Of a stretch of 64,000 nt of DNA, positions 1 to 12,170 are shown in pieces. Made by a program: the position numbers and the translations under genes. Position 1 is the stretch's first letter, and every line of letters starts with the position of its first letter. The notes under the pieces are model-generated. The model had not been told where the DNA came from. It saw nothing but the letters and a program-made list of their open reading frames with translations, and ran no database searches. Source of the stretch: Mobula birostris (lineage: Eukaryota); assembly GCF_030028105.1 (NCBI RefSeq), contig NC_092393.1:47378125-47442124 (forward strand), given 5' to 3'.

Positions 1-44
1 AGGATATATGCCAATGATATTAAATCTGATTTTCTTTCCTATTC

Positions 45-2800
45 ATCTTCTCTCTCTTAATAGCTTTTTAGCTGCTTTCTTTGGTTTTTAAAAGCTTCCC
101 TATTCTCGAACTTCCCACTAATTTTTGCTATATTTTCTGGCCTTTCTTTTCCTTTTTTTTCTGTCTTTGTCTCTCTTGCCAGCCACAGTTGCTTCATCCT
201 CCCTTTAAAATGCTTCATCTTTGAGACGCATCTATCCTGTAGCTTCTGAATTTTCCCCCCGAAACTCCAGCCATTGCTGTTCTGCCATCATCCCTGCTAG
301 TGTCCCCTTCCCATCAACTTTGGAAGCTCCTCTCTCATGCTTATGTAATTCCCTTTACTTCGCTGTAATACTGATACATCTGACTTTTTCTTCTTCCTCT
401 AAACTGCAAGGTGAATTCTATCATATTGTGATCACTGTCTCCTCAGGGTTCTTTTATTTGAAGCTCCCTAATCAAACCTGGGTCATTACACGACACCCGA
501 TCCAGAAATGCCTTTCCCTAGTGGGCTCAACCACAAGCTGCTATATAAAGTCATCACATACGTATTCTAGAAATTCCTTCTCTTGGGATCCAGCACTAAC
601 CTGATTTTTTGAATCTATCTGAATATTGAAATTCCCCCATCACTATTGTAACATTACCCTTGTTACGTGCCCTTTCTATCCTCCATTGTAATTCATATCC
701 CCCACACTGACTACTATTCTGAAGCCTGCATATAATTCTCATCAGGGTCTTTTTACCTTTGTAGTTTCTTAGCTCTACCCACAAGGATCAGTGAGCTCCG
801 ACGTAGATTAGGAGACTGCTTCGCTGAGCATCTACCCTCCGACTGCCAGAAGATGTGGGATCTCCCAGTGACCAACCATTTTAATTCCACTTCCCATTCT
901 CATTCCAATATGTTCATTATTCTGGTCACCTCTGCAGGAAGGATGTGGATACTATAGAGGGAGTGCAGAAGAGATTTACAAGAATGTTGCCCGGACTGGA
1001 GAATGTGCCTTATGAGAATAGGTTGAGTGAACTTGGCCTTTTCTCCTTGGGGCGACAGAGGATGACAGGTGACCTGACAGAGGTGTATAAGATGATGAGA
1101 GGCATTGATCACATGGATAGCCAGAGGCTTTTTCCTCCAGCATTTTTGTGTGTTGCTTGGATTTCCAGCATCTGCAGATTCTCTCTTGTTTGTGATAGGA
1201 TTCTACATCTTCTGATCCTATGTAACCTCTTTCTAAGGATTTGATTTCATGTTCTTACAACAGAATCACGCCACCCCCTCTGCCTACCAGCCTGTCCTTT
1301 CAGTACAATGTGTATCCTTGGATGCTAATCTCCCAGCTAATTCCTTCTTTCAGCCAGGACTCAGTGATGCCCAGATCATATCTGCTAATCTCTAATTCTG
1401 CTGCAAGATCACCTACCTTATTTCATATATTGTGTGCATTCAAATATAACACCTTCAGTCCTATCTTCATCATCTTTTTCAATTTTGCCTCCATATTACA
1501 CTGACTTGCAAATTTGCCTAATGACCTGCCTGTCCTTCCTGACAGTCTCATTACACACTTCATTTACTTGTATACCGACTGCCCCATCTTCAGCCATATT
1601 ACTCTCGCATCCACCCCCTGCCAAATTTATTTAAACCCTCCCCAACAGCTCTAGCAAACTTGCTGGCAAAGGTATCGTTCACTCTCAAGTTCAGGTATAA
1701 CCCGTCTTTTTTTTTTGTCCAGGTCATACCGTCCCCAGAAGAGATCCCATCAATCCAATGGGATTCTGAAACCCTGCCCTATTGAACAATTCTTCAGCCA
1801 CTCATTTATCTGTACTATCATCCTATTCCTGCCCTGACTACCATGAGGCCCTGAAGGATTATGATCTTGGTGGTCCTGCTCTTCAACCTCTTCCCTAACT
1901 CCTTATACTCTCTGCAGGGGACCCCTTCCCCTTTTCCATCTATATCATTGGTAGCAACGTGCAGCACAACTTCTGTCTGCTCACCCTCCCTTTCAAAGAT
2001 ATTCTGCAACCCCTCTGAGACATCCTTGACCCAGGGAGGAAACTCACCATTCTAGCGACTTCTCTGTCACAGAATCCCCTGTCTGTTCCCCTAAATATTG
2101 AGTCTTCTACCACTGTTGCTCTTCCTGACTTTACCCTTCCCTGCTCAGCCTCAGAGCTGGACTCATGCCATTAGTCTGATTGCTACTGCTGTGCACTGAT
2201 TGATCACCGACACCCCCCCACCTCACCCCCGCAGGATCCAAAGTGCTACACCTGTTGATGAGGGGAATGGGCACAGGGAAGCCACCCCCCACCAGCAGTA
2301 TCCAAAAGGATATACTCCCTTTACTTCTTCTTGTCGTCACCCATCCACGATCTGATGCCTACACTCGGATGACCGCCTCAGGTAAAGTATCATCTATGTG
2401 GTCTTTAATGTCCCAGACAGTGTTGAGCACATCCAGCTCCAGCTCCATTTCCTTGACCTTGACAATTAGTAGCAGAAGTTGGCTACTTCCTGCGGGTGTG
2501 GTCATCAGTGGGACCTTTGGGTACCCTGCAATTCCACATTTTACAGCAGTGGCATTCCACTGCCTTAACTATCATCCTGTCTACACTTGTTATATCTTTG
2601 GTTCTAACTTCTTAAACTTAAGTCTGCAATCATGTAAATGACTCCAAAAGACTCAGCATCTTTAGCCTCCACCTTTTCTCACCAAAGCCTGTTGAGCCAA
2701 AGTCTGACTACTCTGACACTGGCCCACTCACACAATGACTGTACCCAGTATGGTCACTCTGCTTACACCTCCTTTCTTCTTACTGGCTCAAATAAGACTC
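45..2800 (-). mobile_element. Degenerate CR1 (HER1-like) LINE, 5' part: ORF1 esterase remnant plus ORF2 endonuclease; interrupted at about 789-1196
   Basis: Minus-strand peptides MWVELRNYKGKKTLM...VTIVMGEF (596-784, APE endonuclease) and EGEQTEVVLHVATNDIDGK (1818-2009, SGNH esterase block of CR1 ORF1). Many stops and frameshifts. Confidence 0.88.
789..1196 (+). mobile_element. Composite insert: Penelope GIY-YIG fragment, CR1 RT C-terminal fragment, Penelope terminal repeat
   Basis: 791-918 translates ELRRRLGDCFAEHL...LPVTNHFNSTSHSH (Penelope). 920-1135 encodes DTIEGVQKRFTRMLPGL (CR1). 1133-1192 is the ttcctccagcatttt...ttccagcatctgcag pLTR tail. Confidence 0.8.
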
Positions 2801-2823
2801 ACTCCTGGCGAGACTTTCTGTTT

Positions 2824-2962
2824 TCAAATGGCTTCTGCCCTGCAAGATATTACTTTTTCACTTGCTACCTCAAACAATGACTCATTCCCAATGGAGGAAT
2901 AACATTTGCAAATGGTTCCTGCCCTGCAAGATGTTGCTCTCACTTGCTACTTCAAACAGTGA
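2824..2962. repeat. Imperfect direct duplication (about 55-bp unit, about 85-bp spacing)
   Basis: caaatggcttctgccctgcaagatattact...cacttgctacctcaaacaatga recurs as caaatggttcctgccctgcaagatgttgct..cacttgctacttcaaacagtga. Confidence 0.85.
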
Positions 2963-3280
2963 GAAAGAAGGGGTCAGAGGAATGAACCTTGCTCTGTCCA
3001 GAAGGTGAGGAGCTGAGAGCAGAGGTGTAAGGTGTAGATAATATGCTATCAACTTTGGTAGCTGGGAATCTTTGGTTCATGAGGAAAGGTAGACACCTCA
3101 GTCCTGTCATTGAAGTAAACATGTTAGAAAATAAATAATTGGGCAAATAGAATGGAGTCCTTAGAGAAAGCAAGGTGTGGGGTTTTAGGTTTGCCATGAA
3201 TATTGCTAGTCTTTTTCCTGTGGAGATAGAAGGCAGAAAAGAAAAGTCAGAGGTGGACTATGTGAATGTGAGAGTGAGTG
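2962..3280 (-). mobile_element. Degenerate Penelope-like element, RT C-terminal/linker fragment
   Basis: Minus ORF 2952-3197 (FLMNQRFPATKVDSILSTPYTSALSSSPS) resembles the FxxRGFP..SRTSALTPS linker of vertebrate Penelope ORFs. Confidence 0.55.
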
Positions 3281-3411
3281 TAATGTGTACTCACCTTCCA
3301 GAGTCTAAAAGGCTTATTAGTAATCACAGTGTTCTAGCACAGCTGACAAAGGGGGTTGCTTTTGACTAAGTTAAACTTCTAACTATTATTCCTTGCTTAG
3401 CTTCATGTTGT

Positions 3412-3690
3412 AAACACAGTAACATAGCAATTAGTGCAACACGATTACAGCTCGGGGTGTCAGAGTTTGGAGTTCAATTCCAATGTCATCTGTAAGGTAT
3501 TTATAGATCCTCCCCATGGAATGTGTAGGTTTCTCTGAATGTTCCAGTTTCCTCCTACAGTCGAAGAATGTACCAGTTAGTAGGTTAATTGGTCATTGTA
3601 AATTGTCCCATGATTAGACTATGGGTAAATTAGGGATTACTGGGCAGTGCAGCTCGAAGGGCCAGAGAGTCTGCCCTTTATCTCTAAATG
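3412..3690 (+). mobile_element. HE1-like tRNA-derived V-SINE
   Basis: B-box-like ggagttcaattcc, V-domain gttccagtttcctcctacagtc...taggttaattggtcattgtaaattgtcc, CR1-type tail gaagggcc. Confidence 0.85.
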
Positions 3691-4629
3691 AACAGTGAGG
3701 TCCTGTAGGCTCATGTTTAATCAACATAAGAAAATGAGGTTTTGTTAATTGGCCTGCATCAAACGGGACCATAGTGGCTGAGTTATTTACACCATTGTGA
3801 CTGAGATCAAAGAAAAACAGATTGATCTTGTCACTTAGCACATCAAACATAGTCACAGGCATAGCTGATCCATCAATGGTTGGGATATTTATGTACCTAA
3901 AGTCAGCCTTTACAGCATTAGTTCTGGGTGTCTGAGGTCTCTGCCTTCACAGACTTATACAACATCTGTGTAAATTACTTTGACTCAGCAAAGCTATCTG
4001 AAATCATCATATGCAGATAATTTCAACTAGTAGCAAAACAGTATAAATGTATTGGGAATTGTATTGGGGATTGTTAGGAATGACAAGGAGAATGACCAAA
4101 ACTTAGGGTGACAGAAGGAAGAACTAGAACTCATTCCTTAACCTTCAGTTTCTGTGATGAATGATTCATTCATCTGCAACTCCTTGGTATGTTCTTTTAG
4201 CTTGTATGAATTGTACCTCTGTTTAGAAATCCTTTGTAGTTTATAATTATCTGTAATTCAGAAATCTTTTATAGATCAGAAATCTCCTTTAAATTTTGAA
4301 TTCTTAAGTGCGTACCATTAAAAATAAAATAAATTGTTTAAACTTCTTTGCTAGCTGGAAGTATCTCTTCCTTGGGACCCACAGAGGGGTGGACTCACTG
4401 GCAGCCGGACCTCAGCACAGAGACTAGAGAGGAATGTAGGCTAGTCTTTGAAGAGATGTTTGATACAGTATAACCTCTCTATAGCGAAGGTACCCATAGA
4501 TGCCTATCAGATAGAGCTTAAAATCTCCTTTTGAATTTAGGGCCTTACAGACAGTGAACACAATAACATCACAAGATCAAGCTGGAAAGTTCTAGCAATG
4601 GCAATGAGGCTTTCTGTCTGTGTGTGGGA

Positions 4630-4912
4630 TTTATTTATTTATTTAGAGATACAATGCAGGAAAGGCCTTCCGACCCACCGAGCCGTGCCACCTAGCAACC
4701 AGTGCCTCATGACAGGACAATACGCAATGACCAATTAACTTTCTAACCTTTACAATCTTGGACTGTGGGCAGAAACTAAAGCACTCAGAGGAAAACAACA
4801 TACACATGAGAAGAACATAAAAACATTTTTTACAGAGTATACCAGAATTGAACTCCGAACTCCAATGCCAAGCTGTAATAGTGCCATGTTAACTGCTATG
4901 CTACAGTAGCTC
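4630..4912 (-). mobile_element. HE1-like V-SINE
   Basis: Reverse complement of the same architecture (gaattgaactcc, gactgtgggcagaaac, caatgaccaattaac) with a (ttta)n tail at about 4631-4644. Confidence 0.8.
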
Positions 4913-5015
4913 CAAAGCACAATTCACATCGTATTATCAGCAGTTACCTTGTTACTTGAAGGATCTACAAGTTATGCTGTACGAGAAGGAGGCATACTTC
5001 ATTTCCAGAAAACAA

Positions 5016-5114
5016 TCGCCTGATGAAGGGTCTCGGCCCGAAACGTCGACGGCACCTCTTCCTATGGATGCTGCCTGGCCTGCTGCATTCGCCAGCATTT
5101 TTTGTGTGTGTTGC
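5016..5114 (+). ncRNA. Minimal type I hammerhead ribozyme motif in a Penelope-like pseudo-LTR fragment
   Basis: CTGATGA (5020-5026), stem II gggtc-tc-ggccc, GAAA (5040-5043), palindromic ACGT stem III, GUC cleavage triplet (5045-5047), then the standard pLTR tail. Stem I is imperfect in this copy. Confidence 0.75.
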
Positions 5115-5529
5115 AAGAGTATGTGGAAACGCTTGTCAAACCTGAGATCTGTGCATCTTAATTCTGAACCGATGACAGATCTAATTGATTGCGTGATGAG
5201 CTGATGCCTGTCACTGAGGCATTTTAAAGGATCAGAGAATGTCTGGTGAATTTTCACAGGCTAAAGATTATCTCGAGTGTTTATGCAGGACCTCGGGGCC
5301 CAAGTTCTTCTGTCCATCTGAGAAAAGAAAGTGCAGTAATGGAATTTTTGGAGGAGTCCTTTGTTGAGGCTATCAAACTCCCTTTCTGTTATATCATGCC
5401 ATTGCCTTAGCATCCCTGAAAAACTTGCAATCCTCACCTTCTTTCATCAAAGGTTTATAATGCACCAGTCTGATCTTCAACAGCAACTCAAGCAATGGAT
5501 GTGAAACAAATAAAGGAAAATAAATATTG

Positions 5530-5826
5530 GGAGGAAGGACAGAGAGAGAGATTGGGGGGGTGAAAGAAACAAAGAAAGAGATAGGGAGACAGATAGATAT
5601 ACAGAGAGAGAGAGAAGAGGGAACAGAGGTAGTAGAGAAAGCGGGAGTAGAGAAAGATAGAGAGATAGGGATTGAAGGAAAGAAAGGCATTCAGAAAGAG
5701 AGGGAGACAGAAAGATAGAGAGAGGAGGAGAGAGAGAAAGGAAGAACAACAAACATAAAGAGAGGGGAGACAGAGAAAGAGAGATAGTGAGATTAGACAG
5801 GTAGATAGATAAATAGATGGATACAG
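5530..5826. repeat. Purine-rich (GA/AGAT) low-complexity microsatellite tract
   Basis: Runs of gaga, agat and ggag; this tract explains ORFs 5394-5916. Confidence 0.95.
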
Positions 5827-6629
5827 AGTGGGAAAGTACTTTAAATTATGCATCTTATATATCCAACAAAAAAAAATTACTATCTGAATAAGTGATGCAA
5901 AAGGTGTCAATGGCAATAATTAATAATCAGAGTATTTGCAGCATCTGCAGAATCTCTAGTTTCTATGACCTCTGTGCCCATTCTGAGGAAAAGCTTCAAT
6001 GCATCTAGTGTAATTTTAGAGATGTCCCTGATCCCTGATCTGGAAGTTCAATACTGGTGTTGAACGAGGTGCTTCACTTTGTGCTTCAGTGTTGCATGAC
6101 CTTCGGCTTTATTCCTAGTGCATCTCGTACAGTCCCATTTGTTTGAATGTGGTTGCTGACCCGAACGGCAAATGCAATTGAAGGTGAGTGAATACTGATA
6201 CTTATTTATTTTCTGTCAGGGCCTATTTTTAAATAAATTTACAATCATTTATCATGTTTAGATAACGTGTAATTAAAAAAATAAAGTCTATTTATAATAT
6301 TTATCAGAGACCCTTGGAATTAATTAATAAGGCTTTTGACAGCACAAACCGTCTAAAAGCCATCAGGACAATTGGGGGCAAGGCCTCAGGTCTTAACATC
6401 TGAGGCCTATTTGTCCTTCGCTGACAGCTCCCTCTCATGGACAGCGTTGGCACTGAGAGCCGGAGTTCAAGCTGCCAGGCAACAAGAAATGCAGCTGCAG
6501 GGATGACATGTGGAGACCACCACAAGGCACGGAGCAGGTCAAGCACGGTTTGGCCCTACACACTGCTCCTCACTGCAGACTCAGGTTACATGATTGGATG
6601 AACTCAGTTTCTTTAGACAAGGAAAATGA

Positions 6630-6865
6630 GTTTAGAACCTAGAACAGTAGAACACTGGAACAGGTCCTTTGGCCTATGATGTTGTGAGGAACTAATTAAG
6701 CTAATAACACGTAATAAAATGAATCCTTTCTGCCTGTGCATGGTCGATATCCCTTCATTCTCTGCTTATTCATGTGCTTACCTAAGTGCCTCCTAATTGT
6801 CTTTCTTGGACCTGCCTCTACCACACCCCTGGAGGAGCTTTCCAGGCACCCACCATTCTCTGTGG
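6630..6865 (-). mobile_element. CR1 3' end fragment
   Basis: tagaacctagaacagta tail, ggtcctttggccta, cctgcctctaccacacccctgg; matches the other CR1 3' UTRs in the window. Confidence 0.75.
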
Positions 6866-7032
6866 GGGCGTAAAAAGAGGGAATGAAGTGTTTCTCACTC
6901 TGTTCTCATTCCAAAGTATTAGGAAGGTGACTGATATAATATATTTCATTAAGACAGAGGCCTTTGGAGAAAAAACAGATTTAATTAGCTACTGTTGTAG
7001 GAAATATTTCACCCAATTTCTTAAATATATAG

Positions 7033-7262
7033 AAGCAAGAGATTCTGCAGATGTTGGAAATTTCAAGCAACATACACAAAATGCTGAAGGATTTCAGCAG
7101 GTAAATCAGCATCTGTGGAGAGAAATGAACAGTTCACATTTTGGTCAGGACCATTCATTCAGACTGGAAAGGAAGGGGACAGAAGCCAGAATAAAAAGGT
7201 AAGGGGAGGGGGAGGAGCACAGGTTGTCAGGTAATAAGTCAATGCGGATAAAGAGGAAGGGG
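7033..7262 (-). mobile_element. Penelope-like pseudo-LTR fragment with degenerate hammerhead
   Basis: gattctgcagatgttggaaat...caacatacacaaaatgctg is the reverse complement of the pLTR tail seen at 1133-1192 and 46171-46270. Confidence 0.8.
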
Positions 7263-7559
7263 GCTCACTTAGATATCTATCCTTACTCTATTCCATTAAC
7301 ATCTTGTCTGGTTAAGAATTAGCAAAACAATTTGAGTTCAGATAGCCTCTCTTCCAAAGTGTTTCAAACATGGGAAAATCTCCTCAGTTTAACTAGGAAC
7401 CATGTAATACTGAGTATTGTCCCACCCCTCTGCCACTTGAGCCCAAGAATCAAGTTAAAACAATTCATTCATATTTTAAAGTCACTAAAATATGTCATAC
7501 TAAACATGGATACAAAAATAGTAACCTATGCTGTTTCTCCCTTCTTTACATCCTGCCCT

Positions 7560-7845
7560 CAGCCCCAATCCAGGAGGATATATCCCCATAATAGTAAAAT
7601 TTGAAAGACTCTACAACTCATGCTCTCAGTATTACTTATTTACTTAGGTTTTTATTATTATTTATGCTATTTATCTTCTCTTGCTGATTGGTTGTTTGTC
7701 AGTCTTTGCTTGTGTATAGTCTTTCATAAATTCTATTGTATTTCTTTTCCTGTAAATAGCTCCAAGAAAATTAATCTCAAAGTGGTGTATGATAACCTAC
7801 ACATACTCTGATAATAAATTTGCTTTGATTTTGATTATTGACTTT
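7560..7845 (+). mobile_element. Rex1/Babar-type LINE 3' UTR fragment
   Basis: aatctcaaagtggtgtatg...ctgataataaatttgctttga tail, the same as at 48430-48515 and 22935-22990. Confidence 0.65.
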
Positions 7846-8714
7846 AATTAGTTTGATGAACGATCCTGGATCTGAAATATCAACTGTTTCTCTTTCAACA
7901 GATGACGCCTGATGTGCTGGGTGCTTCCAGCACTTTCTGCATTCTGCCTCTCATCAGATTGCAGCTAAATGTTTCTTAAAGACTTGCAACTTTTATTTTT
8001 CATTAACAATTCATGAGGAGTTCAGGAACTCCCTCCAAAGGAGACAGGAAAAAGAGCCTAATCTTCCCATTCATTGCTCGGTTTATATGGTTTCAGGCAT
8101 ATAATATACAAGATGTAGCACATTTTGTTCGATTCAAAGTTGCGAGAATTCATGTTCCCTCCTTTCAGCACAAAGACACTCACTTATTCAACCGCATTTC
8201 AAGCATTTTTTCGGATACTGTACTAGCTACTGATGGTCTGTCACCTTCCACATATCCCAGCTCATGAAACAATTCCGCAGAAGAATACACTCCCTGCCCC
8301 CAGCTCTCACCATCTCATCCATTCCACCACAGACACATCCCACTGTAAATTTCGGAATCCGACTCTCTGAGTGCTGAATAAATACTGATGTCACAGCGCC
8401 ATCTACATGGACATGTTAATTGTTCCTTTTTTTGTCAATTTTCTCTGCTTTCCTTCCACACCACCTACCCATTCCTAACCCTCTAAAGTCACTTCCGTAA
8501 CCGTTCAATAGCATATGTTAGGAAGCATAAGTTCCCCACCATTGGAGAAAGCTAGCTGCAGACCACTGAAGAGTAAGCTGATATTATATTCAAACATGAT
8601 TCTTATTGATAGGTTTATAAAACAGATTACTAAAATAATTAACTTTTTCTCTTTAACTACATTTATCCAACAGATTTTCCTCATGGCTGATTAATACTAC
8701 TTTTAGTTAATTAT

Positions 8715-8940
8715 TTTATTTAGAGATACAGCACAGTGATGGGCTCTTCTGACCCAACGAGCCCGCGTCACCCAATTACACCCATGTGACCATTTACCTG
8801 ACGCCTTTGGATTGTAGGAGGAAACCGAAGCACTCGGATGAAATCCATGTGGTCCTGGATAGAACGTACAAACTACTTACAGACAGCGGCAGGAATCTGG
8901 GACACTGTTGCTGTAAAGCATTACGCTACTGTGCTGCTCC
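8715..8940 (-). mobile_element. HE1-like V-SINE
   Basis: ctttggattgtaggaggaaaccgaagcac (V-domain, reversed) and tRNA-like head reversed near 8900-8940. Confidence 0.8.
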
Positions 8941-10082
8941 AGTCAGATTACCCTGATATTTTCAATCTCGCTTTTATTTACCCCTTATTCTAAAGCATTA
9001 TTCTTTAATAACCTTTTACTACACATAGCTTATTGAATTGAAATTGTGGCAATGGCAGCAAAGGACACTGAAACATCTTTCACATCTGTTCAAGTCATCA
9101 GCTTTCAGCACTTTGACATTTGCCATGGTCTGAAATCAGTTGTGTATAGTATAGTTGATGCCAGCCATGCTATACACAACTCAGACAGAACCATCCTGGT
9201 GGTCCTGCTGATTCTCGTTTCCCAATCAGTGCCAATCAGGCTTAAATTAAGCAGAGTGCTCTCAGTTCCTGCTAACTTGGTAGCTCTAATTCCAAAAATG
9301 ATTCACACTGATTGTGCAAAACTCCACCCTTCTGAAATTTGACAAGAGCGACAAGGCTCTGTTTTGTCAAGAGGCTTGAGTTATGAGGAATGACGGAAAG
9401 AAATGCTGAGCTTTTCAGGCAATTAGGAACTGAAGCTCGCAGCTTCTAAGAGTAAAAGATACGGAAAAGTTGGGTTAGCAATGATGATTCCAGTTAAAAT
9501 GTGATACATCTGCAGCTAAGGACAAGTCCAGTGGCAAGGCAAGGATGAATGTTCTCCACAAGACCAAAAGAATCAAACGTCATGAAGTTACTGACTAAAT
9601 GTAGTTGAATATTATGAAAAAACAGTACATAGTTGTAATGGCTGTAATGTTAAACAGTGTGATTCTTTAACTTTGAACAAATTCTCATTCCATCCTTACA
9701 ATCTTCAAGTAGTTTACACTTTTTTTGTAGCTGTTGGATTTTATTCTGCATTTTCTCATTGAATTATATTGTACCACTTTAATGTACTACATAATGAATT
9801 GATTGATATGTAGAGTATATATGACAAACATTTCACTGTACGTGACAATAATAAACCAACTCCAATTTCAAATCCCCAAAAAAAGCATGGTATATTATCC
9901 TATACTAAATAGTTTCTAAGATTCCTTTTAATTCCTTCAGAAACAGCTGTGGATTGCACTTAATTTAAATTTGACCAACACCCTCCCCTCATATTTGCCA
10001 TTATCTTTCACGTCTTAGGGCTTGAGTCAGTCTTCTTAGAGGCAATTGTTGATATTGACAGTAATAATCTGCAATTATCACA

Positions 10083-11715
10083 GAGTCATAAAACAGGCCC
10101 TCTGTTCCATCTAGTCTATGCCAAACCATTCATCTGCCTAGTCCCATTGACCTGCATCTGAACCATAGCCCTCCATATACTTACTATCCATATACCTATC
10201 CAAATTTCTCTTAAATTTGAAATCAGCTCTGCATCCACCAATTACACAGACAGCTTGTTCCACACTCTCGCCATCCTCTGAGTGAAGAAGCTTCCCCTCA
10301 TGTTTTCCTTAAACATTTCATCTTTCACCTTTAATCCATGACCTCTAGCTGTAGTCTCACCCAATCTAGGCGGAAAAAAATGCCTGCACTTACCCTATCT
10401 ATTACTCTTATAAGTTTGTGTACCTCTATCAAATTTCCTCTCAACTGTCTATATTCTAGGGAATGAAGTCCGAACATATTCAACCCTTTATTACTCAGAT
10501 CCTCAAGTCCCAGCAGCATCCTTTAAAATTTTTTCCATGCATCTTATTTACATCTTTCCTTTAAGTAGGCGACCAAAACTGCAAACAATACTCCAAATTA
10601 GGCCTCACCAACACTTCATACAACTTTAACATAACCTCACAACTCAATAGATTGACTTATGAAAGCCAATGTGTAAAAAACTTTCTTTACAACCCTATAT
10701 ACCTGTGATGCTACTTTCAAGAAATTATGAATCTGTATTCCCAGATCCCTCTGTTCTACCAAACTCCTCAGTGCCCTGCTGCTCACAGTGTAAGACCTAC
10801 CTTGGCTGGTCCTCCCAAAGTGCAACACCTCACACTTGTCTGTATTAAATTCCATCTGCCAGTTTATAACCCATTTTTCCAGCTTGCCAGATCCCACCAC
10901 AAGCTTTGATAGTATTCCTTGGTGTCCACTACACTCCCAGTCTTGGTGTCATCCACAATTTGCTGATCCAGTTCACTACACTATCATTCAGATCATTGTT
11001 CTAGATGATAAACAACAGACCTAGCACTGCTCCCTGTGATACCTCACTAGTCACCGACCTCCAGTCAGAGGGGCAACAATCTACAACCACTCTCTGGCTT
11101 CTTGTTTTGTCTCACATCTATAGCCTCAATATTTCTCAAAAACCAGGGTTCTCTAAACCTGTTATCCTTGCCTTTTATTCTGACAGGAACATACAAACTC
11201 CACTCTCAAAATTTCACTTTTGTAGGCCTCACATTTACCAACTACACCTTTGCCAGAAAACAAACTGTTCTTATCCACATTTGCTCCGGATCTTTTCTGA
11301 TACCATTAAAATTGGCCTTCCTCTAATTTAGAATCTCAACCTGAGGATGAGACCTATCCTTTTCCATAATTACCTTGAAATTCATGACATTATGATCACC
11401 AGATGTAAAGAGTTCCCCTACACAAACTTCTGTCCCCTGCCCTAACTCATTCCCCATTAGGAGATCTAGTATCTCTAGTTGGGACTTCAATGAACTGATT
11501 TAGGAAACTTTCCTGGATGCATTTGACCAACTCCTTCCCATCCAGCCCTTTTACAGTATGGGAGTCCCAGTCAATATGTGAACAGTTAAAATTGCCTACT
11601 ATCACAACCTTATGCATCTTGCAATAGTCTGTGATCTCTCGACAAATTTGCTCCTGTAAATCTCACACTCTGTTGGGTGGTCTATAATATAATCCCATTA
11701 ACATGGTCATACCTT
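10083..11715 (-). mobile_element. CR1 LINE with internal deletion (3' UTR, RT C-terminus, endonuclease fragment)
   Basis: WQMEFNTDKCEVLHFGR...QRDLGIQIH (10637-10900) and LEYRQLRGNLIEVHKLIR (10331-10519). The sequence jumps to endonuclease/linker at about 11120. Confidence 0.92.
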
Positions 11716-11939
11716 GTCTCAGGTATCATCCGGCCTGAATATAATCTATATTCACTTTGATTTCCTTACATTAAAGCTATGGTCACTTATAGTTACCAGC
11801 AGCATGGAGGCACCTTGACTATTTCAGATATCTTAGATTTTAATTTGGTCCATGAAAGGAACTGTGGCCATTTGTAAAACTGACATTCACTCTCTTTGAC
11901 CTTTTTATTTTTGCAGTTTGGAAGCTGAGCCATTGATAA

Positions 11940-12170
11940 AGGAGATACCGCAGATGCTGGAAATCTTGAGCAACACACACAGAACACAAGAGGAATTCGA
12001 TAGTTCAGGCAACATGTATGGATGGGAATAGGCAGTTGATATTTTGGGCCGAGAACCTTCAGCAGGAGAGGAAAATAAGGGAGCAGAAGCTGGAATGAAA
12101 ATAAGATTGTGGGGGAGGGGGGAGGAGGTACACAAGCTGGCAAGTGATAGGTGAGACCAGATAAGGGTGG
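11940..12170 (-). mobile_element. Penelope-like pseudo-LTR fragment with degenerate hammerhead
   Basis: Reverse complement reads cctgctgaaggttctcggcccaaaatatcaactg (mutated CTGATGA/GAAAC) followed by the pLTR tail. Confidence 0.82.

Noticed and set aside
5394-5916. Several overlapping ORFs of 63-142 aa
   Set aside because: Translations of the GA-rich microsatellite; low complexity, no domain.
6040-6190. Strong donor AAG|gtgagt at 6183/6184
   Set aside because: No recognisable upstream coding frame or partner exon.
8393-8411. CTCF-like motif (minus strand catgtagatggcgctg)
   Set aside because: Two mismatches in the conserved 5' CCA part; unsupported without ChIP data.
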